Of a DNA stretch of 64,000 nucleotides, positions 1 through 13,710 are shown one piece after another. The stretch comes from Squalus acanthias (Eukaryota), in the NCBI GenBank assembly GCA_030390025.1, contig CM059432.1:131318001-131382000 (forward strand), read 5' to 3'. The position numbers and the translations under genes are program-made. The notes beneath the pieces are model-generated. The model was not told where the DNA came from. It saw nothing but the letters and a program-made list of their open reading frames with translations, and did no database searches. Position 1 is the first letter of the stretch. The number at the start of each line of letters is the position of its first letter.

Positions 1-76
1 CAGATAAGCTCTCAGTTACACTTAATTTTCCTCTCACACCCACTGGTGTGCTCCCTAGAGCTGTCCAAGTCCGCAC

Positions 77-193
77 CTGGTGCTGTGAATAATTATTCAA
101 ATGAGCATATCCTGGAGAATTGAGTGTCATTAGCACTGAACTTTCTGGCAGGATTTGCACCAGTTCTAAAGCATTTATAACTGACTTACATCT
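77..193 (-). CDS. Candidate exon K (RCKSVINALELVQILPESS...NYSQHQ)
   Basis: Acceptor tttttgtccAG and donor CAG|GTGCGG. 117 nt, phase 0-0. A stronger upstream acceptor at about 217 would instead give VIG-stop. Confidence 0.4.
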
Positions 194-291
194 CTGGACA
201 AAAACCTACCCAATTACCTTACAAAAAAGAAGGAAGAATGTTTCAAAAAGTTCAATGATGTCAAGAATGCTGCATGTTGGAAGAAAATATT

Positions 292-1037
292 GGGTCAGAT
301 CTTGCTGGAGCGGGGAATCTCACTGTGTGCCCCGTTAGTTAAACTTTTCTCCTCACCCTTCAGCTGAAATTTTTTTTACGCTGTAGCTTGCTGGACGTGC
401 GAGCTGATAATGGCGTGGCGATGGCAATGGGGGCTTCTGGGACCTGAGTGAACAACGGGACCAATAGTCTATCTCCTTAACCAATGAGATTTAAGGATTG
501 AGAAAGAAACAGAGGAAAGACTGAGAAGGGGTGCGAATTAGAGTCAAATTAGGTGCAGAAAGAGAAATAAAGAGAGGGACGAAAGATTGGAATGAGAGAG
601 AAAGAAAATGAGACAGAAAGGAAAAGTAAGAAAAGAATTTAAAAATATAAAATTTGACAATTAATTAAAATCTCCAAGAACAATTGACAACCTGAATGAA
701 TGAAACTCCACAGTTTAAATTGTTCAATTTCTGGGCCAGAGAGGCAGTCATTAACAATGATCACGTCATTAAAAAGGTACATATGCTGTTAATTACCACA
801 CTTAACTTTCTGCAGTGAGATTAATGGACAATTAATGTGCAAATCCAGCAAGTTCTTAAAATTAATGGGGAGGCTAAGGGTGAGATGCCATTTGTGTGAA
901 GCGTAACTCGACCAGCAAGCTCTGGACATTCGCAACTCATGCATATCACTTAATCCCCTGAAATTGCTGGTCGATTTGCATGTTAATAATGGCGTGCATT
1001 GTTAACACGCTGTTATTTTTCGAACAAGATCCAGCCC
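292..1037. mobile_element. Non-autonomous Harbinger-type MITE
   Basis: Imperfect TIRs GGGTCAGATCTTG / CAAGATCCAGCCC; flanks ATT / AGT. Confidence 0.65.
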
Positions 1038-1550
1038 AGTGTTTAACCATCAGCCTCGCAAAGGGACCAGTCCCCTGATAGTCACAAAGGGTGAAAGAGT
1101 TTTTTGCCTTTGACTCTGTAAAAGAAGGTGGTGACTATGAGACAGTGAAAGTAGCTTTGATTCTGATAATGTGAAGGAAATGGATAGAGCAGATAGGGGA
1201 TCACTCATCCACATTAACAGAAGTCTAGAATAAGTCTAGCCATTAAGGTCGGCAGGGCGCCCATGTCCCTGACCTTAACAGGTTCGTCGCATGTCCAGCA
1301 AGCTACAGCGTAAAAAAATTCCCCGCCACCGTAAAAATCGAGGCCGTATTATCTGTTATATTCTGTATTTTCTACAAGAGCACAGCGTTGATCTTAAAAC
1401 ACAAGTCATTCTTTTCTGAGCTACTGTACATCATGTCAACAGATGAAGTAATAATGTCACAAAAATAAAACACGTGCTTCAGAAAATATCAGCTTTTATG
1501 TTTTTGGTACCCAAAAAGTTATCTTTGTACCAAGCCATGAAGTAGAGTAC

Positions 1551-1753
1551 CTGTGATATCTCGGAAGCTGTGCCAATAGTTTCAGTTTCTAAGTATAGTT
1601 CATCTTTCTTGTTGCAAATTGAATAAATATCTGGCTGAGAAGTGCTGCCAAAATGATACCGGCTGCAGATACCTTCCGCGGGTTCTAGATTATCCACTTC
1701 TTGACTCTGTTTCTGCTTCTGTTTGTTGCACATTTTCAAGTGTTGGATCGTAC
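1551..1753 (-). CDS. Candidate exon J (GTIQHLKMCNKQKQKQSQ...TASEISQ)
   Basis: Acceptor ttgatatttttgcAG and donor CAG|GTACTC. 203 nt, phase 1 to 0, within ORF 1479..1940. Confidence 0.6.
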
Positions 1754-2814
1754 CTGCAAAAATATCAAATATGATGATTTCATAAAGTGCATTTAGCAGA
1801 AAGCAATGCTCGTGTGCATTTGTTGTAAAAATATTACTAACCACCTGGGCAGGGAGAGGGAGGGCTCGAACTGGCGCATGTGAGCAGAAACTATCTGAAA
1901 GCTGGTGCAACATCTGTGCGTGAGAGTTATTGGGAGCCAAGGCCTGGATTGGACTACAGGAATAAAAGTTTTGGTCTGCACATGTTTGTCAACTTTATTA
2001 TCCCATTGCATGTTTTATTTCTGTGATTGGAATCATCTGGGAACATGTGGCAGGTTGGGACCAGATTGTTCAAAAGGAGCCAGTTGAAGTTTGAGTCCTA
2101 TTCTCCTGGTCCCCCCTCCCCTACAATGTTTTAGACTCTGCTAACCCCCAGTACTGCAAGTTCCCAACAATTCCCAGTCCTCCAAAACTCCCTTCCGAGT
2201 CTCGGTGGACTCCAAGAACTCTTTCCTCCCCTCACCACTCCTGGATCCCGCAACCCCTTGACTGCATTCCAGTGCTCTCTGATTGCCTAGCTGCCTCGAC
2301 TGCCCCCAGAACCTTGAGAACGCCTTACCCAATATCCTCAGGACCTTGAGAACGCCTTACTCAGTGTCCCCAGATCCCAAGATCTTGCTCCCACAAAATC
2401 AAGAGCCCAGAACCAATCTTCCTAAAACGTCCATCTCCAGTGTTCCCAAATCCTGGACTCCTGTCCCAGTGCTTCCTGACCTTGGGAGCCTACCTCACAA
2501 TACTGCTAGATCGGGATCTCACTGACAGATCCCAGGGTCACCCCCAATACTTTGCATTTACACCCCATGTCTAAATAATACCCTGATTTACCATGAGAAA
2601 TGACAATTTGGGGAAAGCGACTGTCTTTGCCTTTGCTGTTGATGTAAAGAGAATTAGATGTAAGTGCCAGCATCTGATAGAAAGGTATCTGTCACACCCT
2701 TGATCGTATGATGTACTGCTAATGCTTCCCACCAGAAGACTGAAAGGACCCATGCAGATGAGGCCCGGGGGTTAAAATCATATGGGCCTCATACTGCGAA
2801 GGGTCCGATGGTTT

Positions 2815-3792
2815 CCTGTTCCTGGGCCCCAGCTATTCACAATCTATATCAATGATTTGGATGAGGGGACTAAATGTAACATTTCCAAATTTGTTGATGA
2901 TACAAAGCTAGGTGGCAGTGTCAGTTGCGAAGAGGCGTCAAGGGGATCTCGACAGGCTCAGTGAGTGGGCGAGAACATGGCAGATGGAATATAATGTGGA
3001 TAAATGTGAAGTTATCCACTTTGGTAGAAAAAACAGAAAGGCAGAGTATTTCCTAACTGGTGAAAGATTGGGGAATGCAGATGCTCAAAGGGTCCTGGGT
3101 GTCCTTGTAAATGAGTCACTAAAAGTGAATGTGCAGGTGCAGCAAGCCATTAGGAAGGCAAATGATATGCTGGCCTTCATTACAAGAGGATTTGAGTACA
3201 GGAGTAAAGAAGTCTCACTTCAATTATATAGGGCCTTGGTGAGACCACACCTGGAGTACTGTGTACAATTTTGGATATACTTGCCATAGAGGGAGTGCAA
3301 CGAAGGTTCACGAGATTGATTCCTGGGATGGCGGGACTGTCGTATGAGAAGAGATTGAATAAACTAGGCCTGTATTCTCTTGAATTCAGAAGAATGAGGG
3401 GGGATCGCATTGAAGCATACAAAATTATTACAGGGCTTAATAGGAAGGATGCTGGGAGAATGTTTCCCTTGGCTGGGGAGTCTAGAACCAGGGGCCACAG
3501 CCTCAGGATAAAGGATAGGCCATTCAGGACTGAGATAAGAAATTTCTTCACACAGAGGGTGGTGAATCTTTGGAATTCTCTACCCCAGAGGGCTGTGGAG
3601 GCTCAATCATTGGGTATATTCAAAACAGAAGTCGATAGATTTCTGACTAGTAAAGGCATCAAGAGATATGGCGATAGGGCCGGTGAATAGAGTTGAGGCA
3701 GAAGATCAGCCGTGATCTCATTGAATGGCGGAGCAGGCTCGAAGGGCCGAATGGCCTACTCCTGCTCCTATTTCTTATCTTATGTTCTTATG
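2815..3792 (+). mobile_element. CR1 LINE, 5'-truncated (RT C-terminus and 3' UTR)
   Basis: [16 protein letters not shown] and RPHLEYCVQFW motifs; (TTCTTATG)-type tail; frameshifted. Confidence 0.95.
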
Positions 3793-6288
3793 ACTGCTGG
3801 ACAGACCACCGCCTAATCCGCTCTGTCATCTCCATCAACGTAGGCCCAAAACAGCGGTGGCAACAGAAGCAATGCCGCAGGAAAATCATCGCTGGAGCAC
3901 TCAAAGACCCTGCTAAGAAAGCCCTATTCAGCCTGCGCCTCACAACCAACCTGACGACTCCCAGTAATTCAGAGACAGAGTGTCCACAGTGCCTGCTCTG
4001 CACTCAAGGCCTCCACAATCAGCACCTGTGAAGAGACGCTCAGTCACTCGACCAGGAAACACCAAGACTGGTTTGACTAGAACGACCAGGAGATCCAGGA
4101 GCTAATAAGCCGCAAGCGCAAGGCATTCCTGACCTGGAAACAGCAACAGAACTCAAGAGCAAGAAAGCAGCTCTACAGACGCCTGAAGGCCGAGGTCCAA
4201 CAAAAAACACGTGACCTAAAGAACAGATGGTGGGTGGAGAAAGCGCAGGAAATCCAGCAGCTAGCCGACAACCACGACGTGCGTGGATTCTTTAGCACAG
4301 TCAAGACCATCTACGGCCCAAGCACCCAAGGTCCTACCCCACTGCAGGCCAGGAACGGAGAGGTACTCGTCAAGGACAGAGAGGCAGTTAGCGCCCGCTG
4401 GAAGGAGCACTTCGAAGATCTCCTTAACCGAGACTCCGTCTTCGACAAGAGTGTCCTCAACTCCATCCCGCAACATGCTACCCGCCACCACCTCAGCACA
4501 ACCCCAGCCCGGCATGAGGTTGAAAAGGCCATTCGACAACTGAAGAACAACAAGGCCTCAGCAGATGGAAACCCCACTGAGGCGCTAAAACATGGCGGAG
4601 AAGCACTATTGGCGCGAATACATGAACTCATTTCTCTTATTTGGAAGGAGGAGAGCATGCCAGGGGATCTCAGAGACGCCGTAATCGTGACCATCTTCAA
4701 GAAAGGTGACAAGTCCGATTGCAGTAATTACAGAGGAGTCTCCCTGCTGTCTGCCACAGGGAAAGTCATCGCAAGAATCCTCCTCAATCGCCTTCTCCCA
4801 GTGGCTGAAGAGCTCCTCCCAGAGTCGCAATGCGGATTCCACCCACTAAGGGGCACAATGGACATGATCTTCACCGCGTGTCAATTACAAGAGAAATGCA
4901 GGGAACAGCACCAACCGCTGTACATGGCCTTCTTTGACCTCACAAAGGCCTTCGACACCGTCAACCGTGAAGGATTATGGAGTATCCTCCTCAAATTCGG
5001 CTGCCCTCAAAAGTTTGTCACCATCCTCCGCCTGCTTCACGACGATATGCAAGCCGTGATCCTGACCAACGGCTCCACCACAGACCCAATTCACGTACGG
5101 ACCGGGGTCAAGCAAGGCTGTGTCATCGCACCAACGCTCTTCTCGATCTTCCTGGCTGCAATGCTCCATCTCACCCTCAGTAAGCTCCCCGCTGGAGTGG
5201 AGCTAATCTACAGAACAAACGGGAAACTATTCAACCTCCGTCGCCTCCAGTCCAGATCCAAGGTCGTCCCATCTTCTGTCGTCGAATTACAGTATGCAGA
5301 CGACGCTTGCGACTGCGCACACTTGGAGGTCGAACTCCAAACCATCATCAACACCTTCACCGAAGTGTACGAGAGCATGGGCCTTACACTAAACATCCAT
5401 AAGACAAAGGTCCTCTACCAACCTGCCCCCGCCACACAGTACTGCTCCCCGATTATCAAAATCCATGATGAGGCCTTGGACAACGTGGACCACTTTCCAT
5501 ACCTCGGGAACTTACTGTCAACAAGGGCAGACGTCGATGACAAAGTCCAACACCGCCTTCAGTGTGCCAGCTGCAGCCTTCAGTCGCCTGAGGAAGAGAG
5601 TGTTTGAAGACCAGGACCTCAAACCCAGCACCAAGCTCATGGTCTACAGAGCAGTAGTAATACCCGCCCTCCTGTATGCCTCAGAGACATGGACCATGTA
5701 CAGCAGGCACCTCAAAGCACTGGAGAGGTACCACCAACGCTGCCTCCGCAAGATCCTGCAAATCCATTGGCAGGATAGGCGCACCAACGTCAGTGTTCTC
5801 TCTCAAGCCAACATCCCCAGCATCGAAGCTTTGACCACGCTCGATCAGCTACGATGGACAGGCTACATCGTCCGCATGTCCGATACGAGACTCCCAAAAC
5901 AAGCGCTCTACTCGGAGCTCCGACACGGCAAGAGAGCCCCAGGTGGGCAGAGGAAACGCTTCAAGGACACCCTCAAAGCCTCCTTGAAAAAGTGCAACAT
6001 CCCTACCGACACCTGGGAATCCCTGGCCCAAGACCGCACAAAGTAGAGGAGAAGCATCCAGGAAGGCGCCGAACACCTCGAGTCTCTTCGCCGGGAGCAA
6101 GCGGAAGCCAAGCGCAAACAGCGGAAGGAGCGCACATCAACCCAAGCAGCCCACCCAGCCGCCCCTTCAACCACTGTCTGCCCCACCTGTGACAGAGACT
6201 AAGTCCCGCATTGGACTCATCAGTCACCTGAGAACTCATTTTTAGTATGGAAGCAAGTCATCCTCGGTTCCGAGGGACTGCCTAAGAG
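3793..6288 (+). mobile_element. RTE-clade LINE (BovB-like), 5'-truncated, degenerate RT ORF
   Basis: FFDLTKAFDTV, GVKQGCVIAPTLF and QYADD motifs, a C-terminal CPTC..HLRTH zinc motif, and a 3' end GAGGGACTGCCTAAG. Several stops and frameshifts. Confidence 0.95.
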
Positions 6289-7812
6289 AATTCACGGCTT
6301 TCTAAATGAAGATTTATCCTGTCCCTCAGAATTTTTTCCAATAATTTTCCCACCACTGAGGTTAGGCTGACTGGCCTGTAATTACTCGTCTATCCCTTTC
6401 TCCCTTTTTAAACAACGGTACCACATTAGCATTCCTCCAGTACCACACCTGTAGCCAGAGAGGATTGGATAATGATGGTCAGAGCCTCTGCTATTTCTTC
6501 CCTTACTTCTCTTAACAGTCTTGGATACCTTTCATCCGGGCCTGGGGATTTATCCACTTTCAAAGATGCTAAACCCCTTAATACTTCCTCTTTCACTATG
6601 CTTATTTCATCTAATATTTCACAGTCCTCCTCCTGCATCGTCCCTCTCTTTTGTGAAAACAGACGCAAAGTATTCATTAAGAATCATACCCATTGTCTTG
6701 TGCCTCCACACACAGGTTACCTTTATAGTCCCTAATAGGCCCTACTCTTACTTTAGTTATCCTCTTGCTTTTAATGTATTAATAAAACATCTCTGGGTTT
6801 TCCTTGATTTTACAAGTCAATATTTTTTCATGCCCTCTCTTTGCTTTCCTAATTTCCTTTTTAATTTCACCCCTCCACTTTCTATACTCCTCTAGGGTTT
6901 CTGCAGTATTGAGCCCTCGATATCTGTCATAATCACAGAATCCCCACAGTGCAGATAGAGGCCATTTCGGCCCATCGAGCCTGCACTGACACATATCCCA
7001 CCCTATCCCCGTATTTAATCCCCCTAACACTAAGGGTCAATTTATCATAGCCAAATCAACCTAACCCGCACATCTTTGGACTGTGGGAGGAAACCGGAGC
7101 ACCCGAAGGAAACCCACGCAGACACGGGGAGAATGTGCAAACTCCACACAGACAGTCACCCAAGGCCGGATTCGAACCCAAGTCCCTGGCGCTGTGAGGC
7201 AACAGTGCTAACCACTATGCCACCGTGTTGCCTAAAAGCTTCACTTTTTTTTCTTTATCCTTCCCTGTATTTCCCTTGACATCCAGGGAGCTCTAGATGT
7301 GTTAGTCCCACCCTTTTTCTTTAAGGGAATATACTTGCTCTGAACCTTCACTATCTCCTCCTTGAATGCTCTGACATTGATTTACCTTCAAGTTTCTGTC
7401 TCCAGTCCACTTTGGCTAAATCACATCTCAGCTTAGTAAAATTAGCTTTTCCCCAATTGAGAACTTTTATTCCTGGTCTATCCTTGTCCTTTTCCATAAC
7501 TACCCTAAATCTAACTGAATTATGATCACTTCCACCAATATGCTCTCCCACTGATACCCTTTCCACCTGCCCAGCTTCATTCCCTAAAACTAGGTCCAGA
7601 ACCGCCCCCTCTCTTGTTGGGCTTGCTACGTACTGACTAAAAAAGTTCTCCTGAATGCATTTTAAGAATTCTGCTCCCTCTAAACCTTTCACACTAATTT
7701 TATCCCAGTTAATATCAGGGAAGTTGAAATCCCCTACTATTACTGCCCTATTTTTGCACGTCTCAGAAATTTGCCTACATATTTGCTCTTCTATCCCCCT
7801 CTGACTGTTGAG
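6289..7812 (-). mobile_element. CR1 LINE ORF2 fragment (APE endonuclease to start of RT), interrupted by a SINE
   Basis: VIVGDFNFPDINW, LDLVL and GSDH endonuclease motifs, plus KSPGPD. Confidence 0.93.
6931..7232 (-). mobile_element. tRNA-derived V-SINE (HE1-like) with CR1-type tail
   Basis: On the minus strand: A box TGGCATAGTGG, B box GGTTCGAATCC, V-domain-like TGTGTGGAGTTTGCACATTCTCCCCGTGTCTGCGTGGGTTTCC, and a CR1-like tail GGGCCGAAATGGCCT. Confidence 0.85.
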
Positions 7813-8692
7813 AAAATGAGGAAAATGGGATCCTCTGACACACACAGCTGGCTGAAGACAATTTTTTAATAATTTATTTACCCATACTAACTGACATTGC
7901 ATCAAATAAAATACAGAAACCTCCCCAGTTCGCCTTAATGGACATTTTTCAGCGACTTAACAAGCAGAAAATATTTCTTTGCTAAAGTACGAGAAATGAA
8001 CTTGTGCAATTTTAATATATGCGATACAATGGGATGAACTTTCCGTCGTCACACATTACATACTGGCAACACTGACGGAGTTTCTTTCCTATACTTGAGA
8101 GTAATTGCTAGGCCTTATTCGCCTGAAAAATGTTCTGCAAAGTTCCTCCCTGTCTTCCCTTTCCTCTCAAGAGAAAATTCAGAGAAAAGTCAGAAACATG
8201 CATCTGTAAGCATAAGGATCTCAAACTGGAGTCTCCCAATTATGGAAGTCCACGAGGTGATCGCTGGAGCTCCCTGGGGTCATCACATTTTTGTCTTCTA
8301 TCTTCCAATTTCCTTATTTCTCTCTATATTTATGATTAAATAGCACATTAATTTCTTCTATAGTACACTAATGAAACTGATTGTCTGCAATGATGGCACT
8401 GTTTTCCTTCAAATAGTTGATACAGTTGATTGGAAGTTAGGACGAGCATCCCCAGGGGAGCGTGGCAACGATCCCACCTGATCTGAAGTGGTTAGGAATT
8501 TAAGCCACAATGAAAACAGTCTGGGCTCTCCTGGAGTATGGAAGGGGCGTGTCACCATCTGTAGTGCTCCCCCACATTAAAACCACTGATCTAGATCGGA
8601 GAAAGTCATTCCGGTCCATCAGCCCGGCCCCAGAGTTTGAAAACAATTCTTACATCAATATAAAACATGAAAACTAAGTAGGAAAGGTTCAC

Positions 8693-8796
8693 CTTTAGCA
8701 TAGCAAACATCTGGCTCGTTGTGGTTGTTTTGTTCTGCCCTGGAACGATAAGCCATTCCACTTGCTTTACTGCTGCCACTTGTGGACGCTGGAGAA
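8693..8796 (-). CDS. Candidate exon I (SPASTSGSSKASGMAYRSRAEQNNHNEPDVCYAK)
   Basis: Tandem AAG/CAG acceptor after ttcccctct and donor AAG|GTGAAC. Phase 2 to 1, matching exon J. Confidence 0.5.
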
Positions 8797-10199
8797 CTGC
8801 TTTTGGTAGAGGGGAACATTTTAATAATGACAGCACGGTTTTGAGCCAATCTTAGAACTACATAAGAACAGGAGTAGGCCATTCCGCTCCTTGAGCCTGT
8901 TTCACCATTCAATTAGAACATGGCTGATCTGCATCTTAACTCCATTTACCCAGCTTGGTTCCATAACCGTAACCCTTAATACAGATATTTATTACTACAA
9001 TGAACCCTTTCCCTCCAAAACTGTGGTTCGATAAGGCTCATATATATGACTAGCTTCTCCCAATCACACTGCCAGGAACTAGGGAGCAAAGGTCGATATC
9101 AACTCATCAACAAATAGCACAGGTGCAGAGTCAGATTCCTGCTGGAAAAAAAAACTAAACAAAATTTAAAATAGGTTTTCTGTTATGACACGAAATTTGG
9201 TAAGTAGGGAGTGTTAATAATAAGCCAGGTTTTGAGCAGAATTACATAGAATGTACAGCACAGAAACAGGCCATGCAGCCCAACTGGTCCATGCCGGTGT
9301 TTATGCTCCACACGGGCCTCCTCTCACCTCACTTCATGTAACCCTATCAGCATAAACTTCTAAGAAGGTCAGAGGATGACTGGGACCTTTTGCTGGCATT
9401 CATCTTATCCTCAGTGGATGTTGGTTTCCAGGTTTTTTTAGGAAGTAACTTGCTAGCACTTATAGCTGACTAAAATGGAGCAGCGAGCAAAATGCTGCGT
9501 GTCCATGAATATGAAATTCAGTAATCAAATTAATGCTATCTCTTTACAAGAACATTTTTATACATTTAGTATTACTATTACATAGCTGGGAGGATTTCAA
9601 CTAGTAAATCATGGGGGGGAGCAAATCCTACAGTATACGAGGAGGGTTTAAGGATAAATATAGTGAAGGAGCAGCCCAGATGACATACAAGAATATACGG
9701 AAAGCCCCTGAGCCTTTCTAGCTTTTTAGAATAAGTTCTAAAATCTTTGGATGTCATTCCAGGAGCTCTTAGGCAATTATTATTGGGGGATTGTGGCATT
9801 TGTTTCACGTATATACCCTCTTTTGGTTCTTCTTACTGCAGATTTTCTTAAACAAATTTCTCAATATAATATCTACATCTTCAAAAATGCAAATTACTTT
9901 GGCATAATTGGCCACGACTGTCACCATTTTTTGGATTTTTTCTCCCCTCAGGTCCGGCTTTAGCTAACCCTCCAGAACAGTTGGTGCTGCACAATAGTAA
10001 TCGAACCCTGAGCAGCTGGACCATAGACCTCAAATGTTTGGATAAAATAGCCACAATATCTGCCCATTTATTAAAAAAGAGTAGAGATATTGTGGCAATC
10101 TGCCTGTTCTGAGGAAGTCCCAAAGTGCTTGACAGCCAATGAATTACTTTTGAAGTGTGGTCACCATTTTTTTGTTTCCCTGCATTACAACAGTGACTA

Positions 10200-10358
10200 C
10201 ACTGAAGTGCTGAAGACTTGTGCTCCAGAACTAGCCGCGCCTCTAGCCAAGCTGTTCCAGTACAGCTACAACACTGGCATCTATCCGACAATGTGGAAAA
10301 CTGCCCAGGTACGTCCTGTCCACAAAAAGCAGGACAAATCCAATCCGGACAATTACTG
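10200..10358 (+). mobile_element. LINE RT fragment (CR1/L2-group family distinct from the main CR1)
   Basis: LKTCAPELAAPLAKLFQYSYNTGIYPTMWK..PVHKK..NY. Confidence 0.8.
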
Positions 10359-10987
10359 GCGACTCAGCTCAAGGAAGCAGCTGACCCAGAAGGACCGGCT
10401 TCCCACAGACGTTCTGTTGCAGGGGCAAGGTGGGAGGTCATGTCATAAGAAGTCAATAATTAATTTGTGATTTTGAGCTTTTGGGAAACTTTCTCTGTAT
10501 TAAACATTACGCAGCAAAAAATGTGAAGTTTAAAAAAAAAATGCAAATTGTGTTGCCTTAGTTTAGTTATTCACTTTACACAAAGTACTATGTGGAGGTG
10601 ATCTTGAACTATGCCATAGGTTGCCTTTAAAATTATATCGTCAAACGCATGCCTTAAAATAAAAAACAAGTATTTGTGGGTTTAACACAATGATTTACAG
10701 ATGCTGTCAACTAAAAACATGAAATGTGCCAAATTGCTGCCAACTAAAACAAACCGTGCAATACCTTTCTCTCAGCTCATTCTTTCTGGGTTTCTTGTTT
10801 AAAGCAGCCAACAAAATGGAGTTCTTCTTTTCTAACCTATAAAGTGAAACACAAGTATACATCATAGTTTACATTTTCAGTGGTGGTGCCTAAAGTGTAT
10901 TTCCCAATCCTCTGCCCTTTATTAATAAGGAAATCATTTACACTTGCCTGATGTCTCTAATTTAGGATATAAATTTTAGAGACACTA

Positions 10988-11392
10988 GGGCAGACTTTCC
11001 TCTTGTGTATGGAAGTAAAGGATTGCCTGCGTGCAGAGAGGAAAATCGGAAGGGCAGGATCGCGCATGTGTAACAGAGCCTGCCTGATTTTCCATCCATT
11101 CAAATGAATGCGCAGAAAATGGAGCAGACTCCATTCTGGGCAAGCGATCCTTCCCACCCAATCTTCCCCTATGTGCTGCGCCTGGGTGATCCTCTCCGTA
11201 AAAAGAAATCTGCCCCACTATTTCTGATAATCGGGCAGAATTCTCCCTTTTCCACAGTGCACAGATGAAAATCATGCAATGGAATGGAAAATCAGGCAGG
11301 TTCCATTACGCGTATGCAATGCCCTCTGCCCAGTTTTGCGCTCCACCTAGGCGATTGCTTAATGGCCAAGCGCAAAAGAGCAAAATCTGCCC
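10988..11392. mobile_element. Two adjacent short MITEs (10988-11215 and 11233-11392) in opposite orientation
   Basis: Each has GGGCAGA...TCTGCCC ends. The shared internal motif GCCTGATTTTCCAT is inverted between them. Confidence 0.7.
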
Positions 11393-11447
11393 TGCACCGT
11401 CAGACACTTTTCATTCTCAGAGGTAGAAACCAGCTACAGCTGTCAGC

Positions 11448-12151
11448 ACAGAATCACAGAATCATAGAAAGTTACAGCACGGAAGGAGGCCATTTCGGCC
11501 CATCGTGTCCACGCCGTCCAACAAAGAGCTATCCAGCCTAATCCCACTTCCCAGCTCTTGGTCCGTAGCCCTGCAGGTTACAGCATCCCAAGTGCACATC
11601 CAAGTACTTTTTAAATGTGGTTAGGGTTCCTGCCTCTACCATCCTTTCAGGCAGTGAGTTCCAGACTCCCACAACCCTCTGGGTGAAGAAATTTCCCCTC
11701 AAATCCCCTCTAAACCTTCCACCAATTACTTTAAATCTGTGCCCCCTGGTTTTTGATCCCTCTGCTAAGGGAAATAGGTCCTTTCTATCCACTTTATCTG
11801 TGTCCCTCATAATTTTATACACCTCAATAAGGTCTCCCTTCAGCCTCCTCTGTTCCAAGGAAAACAGACCCAGCCTATCCAGTCTTTCCTCATAGCTAAG
11901 ATTCTCTACTCCCGGCAACATCCTTGTAAATCTCCTCTGTACCCTCTCTAGTGCAATCACACCTTTCCTGTAATGTGGTGACCAGAACTGCACGCAGTAC
12001 TTTAACTGAGGCCTAACTAGTGTTTTATACAGTTGAAGCATAACCCCCCCTGCTCTTGTATTCTATGCCACGGCTAATAAAGGCAAGCATTCCGTATGTC
12101 TTCTTAACCACCTTATCTACCTGGCCTGCTACCTTCAGGGATCTGTGGACA
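11448..12151 (-). mobile_element. CR1 LINE 3' fragment
   Basis: ORF 11538..12041 with LVRPQLKYCVQFWSP and FFTQRVV motifs; microsatellite tail. Confidence 0.93.
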
Positions 12152-12519
12152 GATTAGGATAGATTAGGATCAAAACTCTCCAAGCGTAAAACTATTCGTA
12201 TTCATTTGAATATTAAATACCATGGTTAAGATCAACTCTTTGGGATCTTTTATTTTTGTGAATATCTTTGTCCTCATCCACGTGAGCCTCACTGCTGAGG
12301 AATGGAACTCTCTCACTTCACACAGAGGGTAAAGGTCCCTTCAATCTGTCCTAACCCGAGTTGGCCTTAGGATTCTTGGGCCCCCCCAGCAAGGTTCGTC
12401 ACGGGTGCCCCTACCCAGCCTTTGTCTTTCCGCTCTGTGACCTGGTTGTACTTTACCCCGCTCAACTCACTGCCACACACAAGTAGCACGCTTCAACAAT
12501 TTACTAAAACAGATTATCT

Positions 12520-12688
12520 GGTCATTATAACATTGCTGTTTGCGGGAGCTTGCTGCGTGCAAATTGCCTGCCGCTTTTCCTACATTACAACAGCGACTTC
12601 ACTTCAAAAAGTACTTCATTGACTGTAAAGCATTTGGGACATCCTGAGGTCATGAAAGGCGCTATATAAATGCACGTCTTTCTTTCAA
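12520..12688 (+). mobile_element. DeuSINE-like (SacSINE1/AmnSINE1-like) 3' fragment; related pieces at about 10100-10200, 32460-32700, 32860-33095, 33920-34010 and 51520-51680
   Basis: Shared motifs GGGAGCTTGCTGCGTGCAAATTG and CGCTATATAAATGCA (L2-like tail), and the Deu-domain-like GCAGCACTCCCTCAGTA. Confidence 0.65.
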
Positions 12689-13136
12689 TTTGAAAGGACA
12701 AGAACATCGATACAATTGGTAACAAGGTTATTTAAGGAGAAAAAGAAATTAGATACCTATCGCTAAAACTTGTAATATTGTTGCTGTATCAAAATATAAT
12801 AAATACTAAGAATTGTAAATGACAGCATAATCACTGTATTACAAAGGATATTAATTACTCATGATTAGGGTCAACAGAAATCTGCAGGCACAAATATTAT
12901 TCAGGAAAAAAATGATGATTTTTTTTTTTAAGTCCTCTGGTTTTTCCAAGAATTAAAAAATAATAATACTTGATTATTTTGTCACAAAATACAAAACCCC
13001 CTGGTCAAATTTGATCAAGAAAACAAGCCTGCTGCTCTGTGGAGCAATTCTTCAGGGAGCAGCTCAGCCTCGAGAGCTCACTCTGGATGTGTACAATGAT
13101 AGTGGCAGTCTTATCAAATTGGGTATTTTGGCTCCC

Positions 13137-13710
13137 TTCTTCTTCTTAGGCAGTCCCTCGGAACTGAGGATGACTTGCTTCCACATTAAAAATGAGTTCT
13201 CAGGTGACTGATGAGTCCAATGTGGGACCTACAGTCTCTGTCACAGGTGGGGCAGACAATGGTTGAAGGGGCGGGTGGGTGGGGTGCTTGGGTTGACGTG
13301 CGCTCCTTGCGCTTGGCTTCCGCTTGCTCCCGGCGAAGAGACTCGAGGTGTTCGGCGCCTTCCCGGATGCTTCTCCTCCACTTTGTGCGGTCTTGGGCCA
13401 AGGATTCCCAGGTGTCAGTGGGGATGTTACACTTTTTCAAGGAGGCTTTGAGGGTGTCCTTGAAGCGTTTCCTCTGCCCACCTGGGGCTCTCTTGCCGTG
13501 CCGGAGCTCCGAGTAGAGCGCTTGTTTTGGGAGTCTCGTCTCACGCCAACACGCAAGGCATTCCTGATCTGGAAACAGCAACAGAACTCAAGAGCAAGAA
13601 AGCAGCTCTACAGATGCCTGAAGGCCGAGGTCCAACAAAAAACTCGCGACCTAAAGAACAGATGGTGGGTGGAGAAAGCGCAGGAGATCCAGCAGCTAGC
13701 CAACAACCAC
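13137..13710 (-). mobile_element. RTE LINE insertion with an inverted 5' segment and 7-bp TSD GGCTCCC
   Basis: 13137-13539 is the reverse complement of the RTE 3' end with an (AAG)n tail. 13552-13710 is a forward copy matching 4117-4276. TSD at 13130-13136 and 13711-13717. Confidence 0.9.

Noticed and set aside
7150..7232. tRNA gene (also at 28277-28360 and about 21130-21190)
   Set aside because: A and B boxes are present but run into SINE body and LINE-derived tails, with no complete cloverleaf.
8240..8323. Alternative terminal exon REIRKLEDRRQKCDD...GLP* with AATAAA at about 7873 (minus strand)
   Set aside because: The acceptor is weak and purine-rich, and its phase is incompatible with the adjacent exon I. 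It cannot be excluded as an alternative end but is not supportable.
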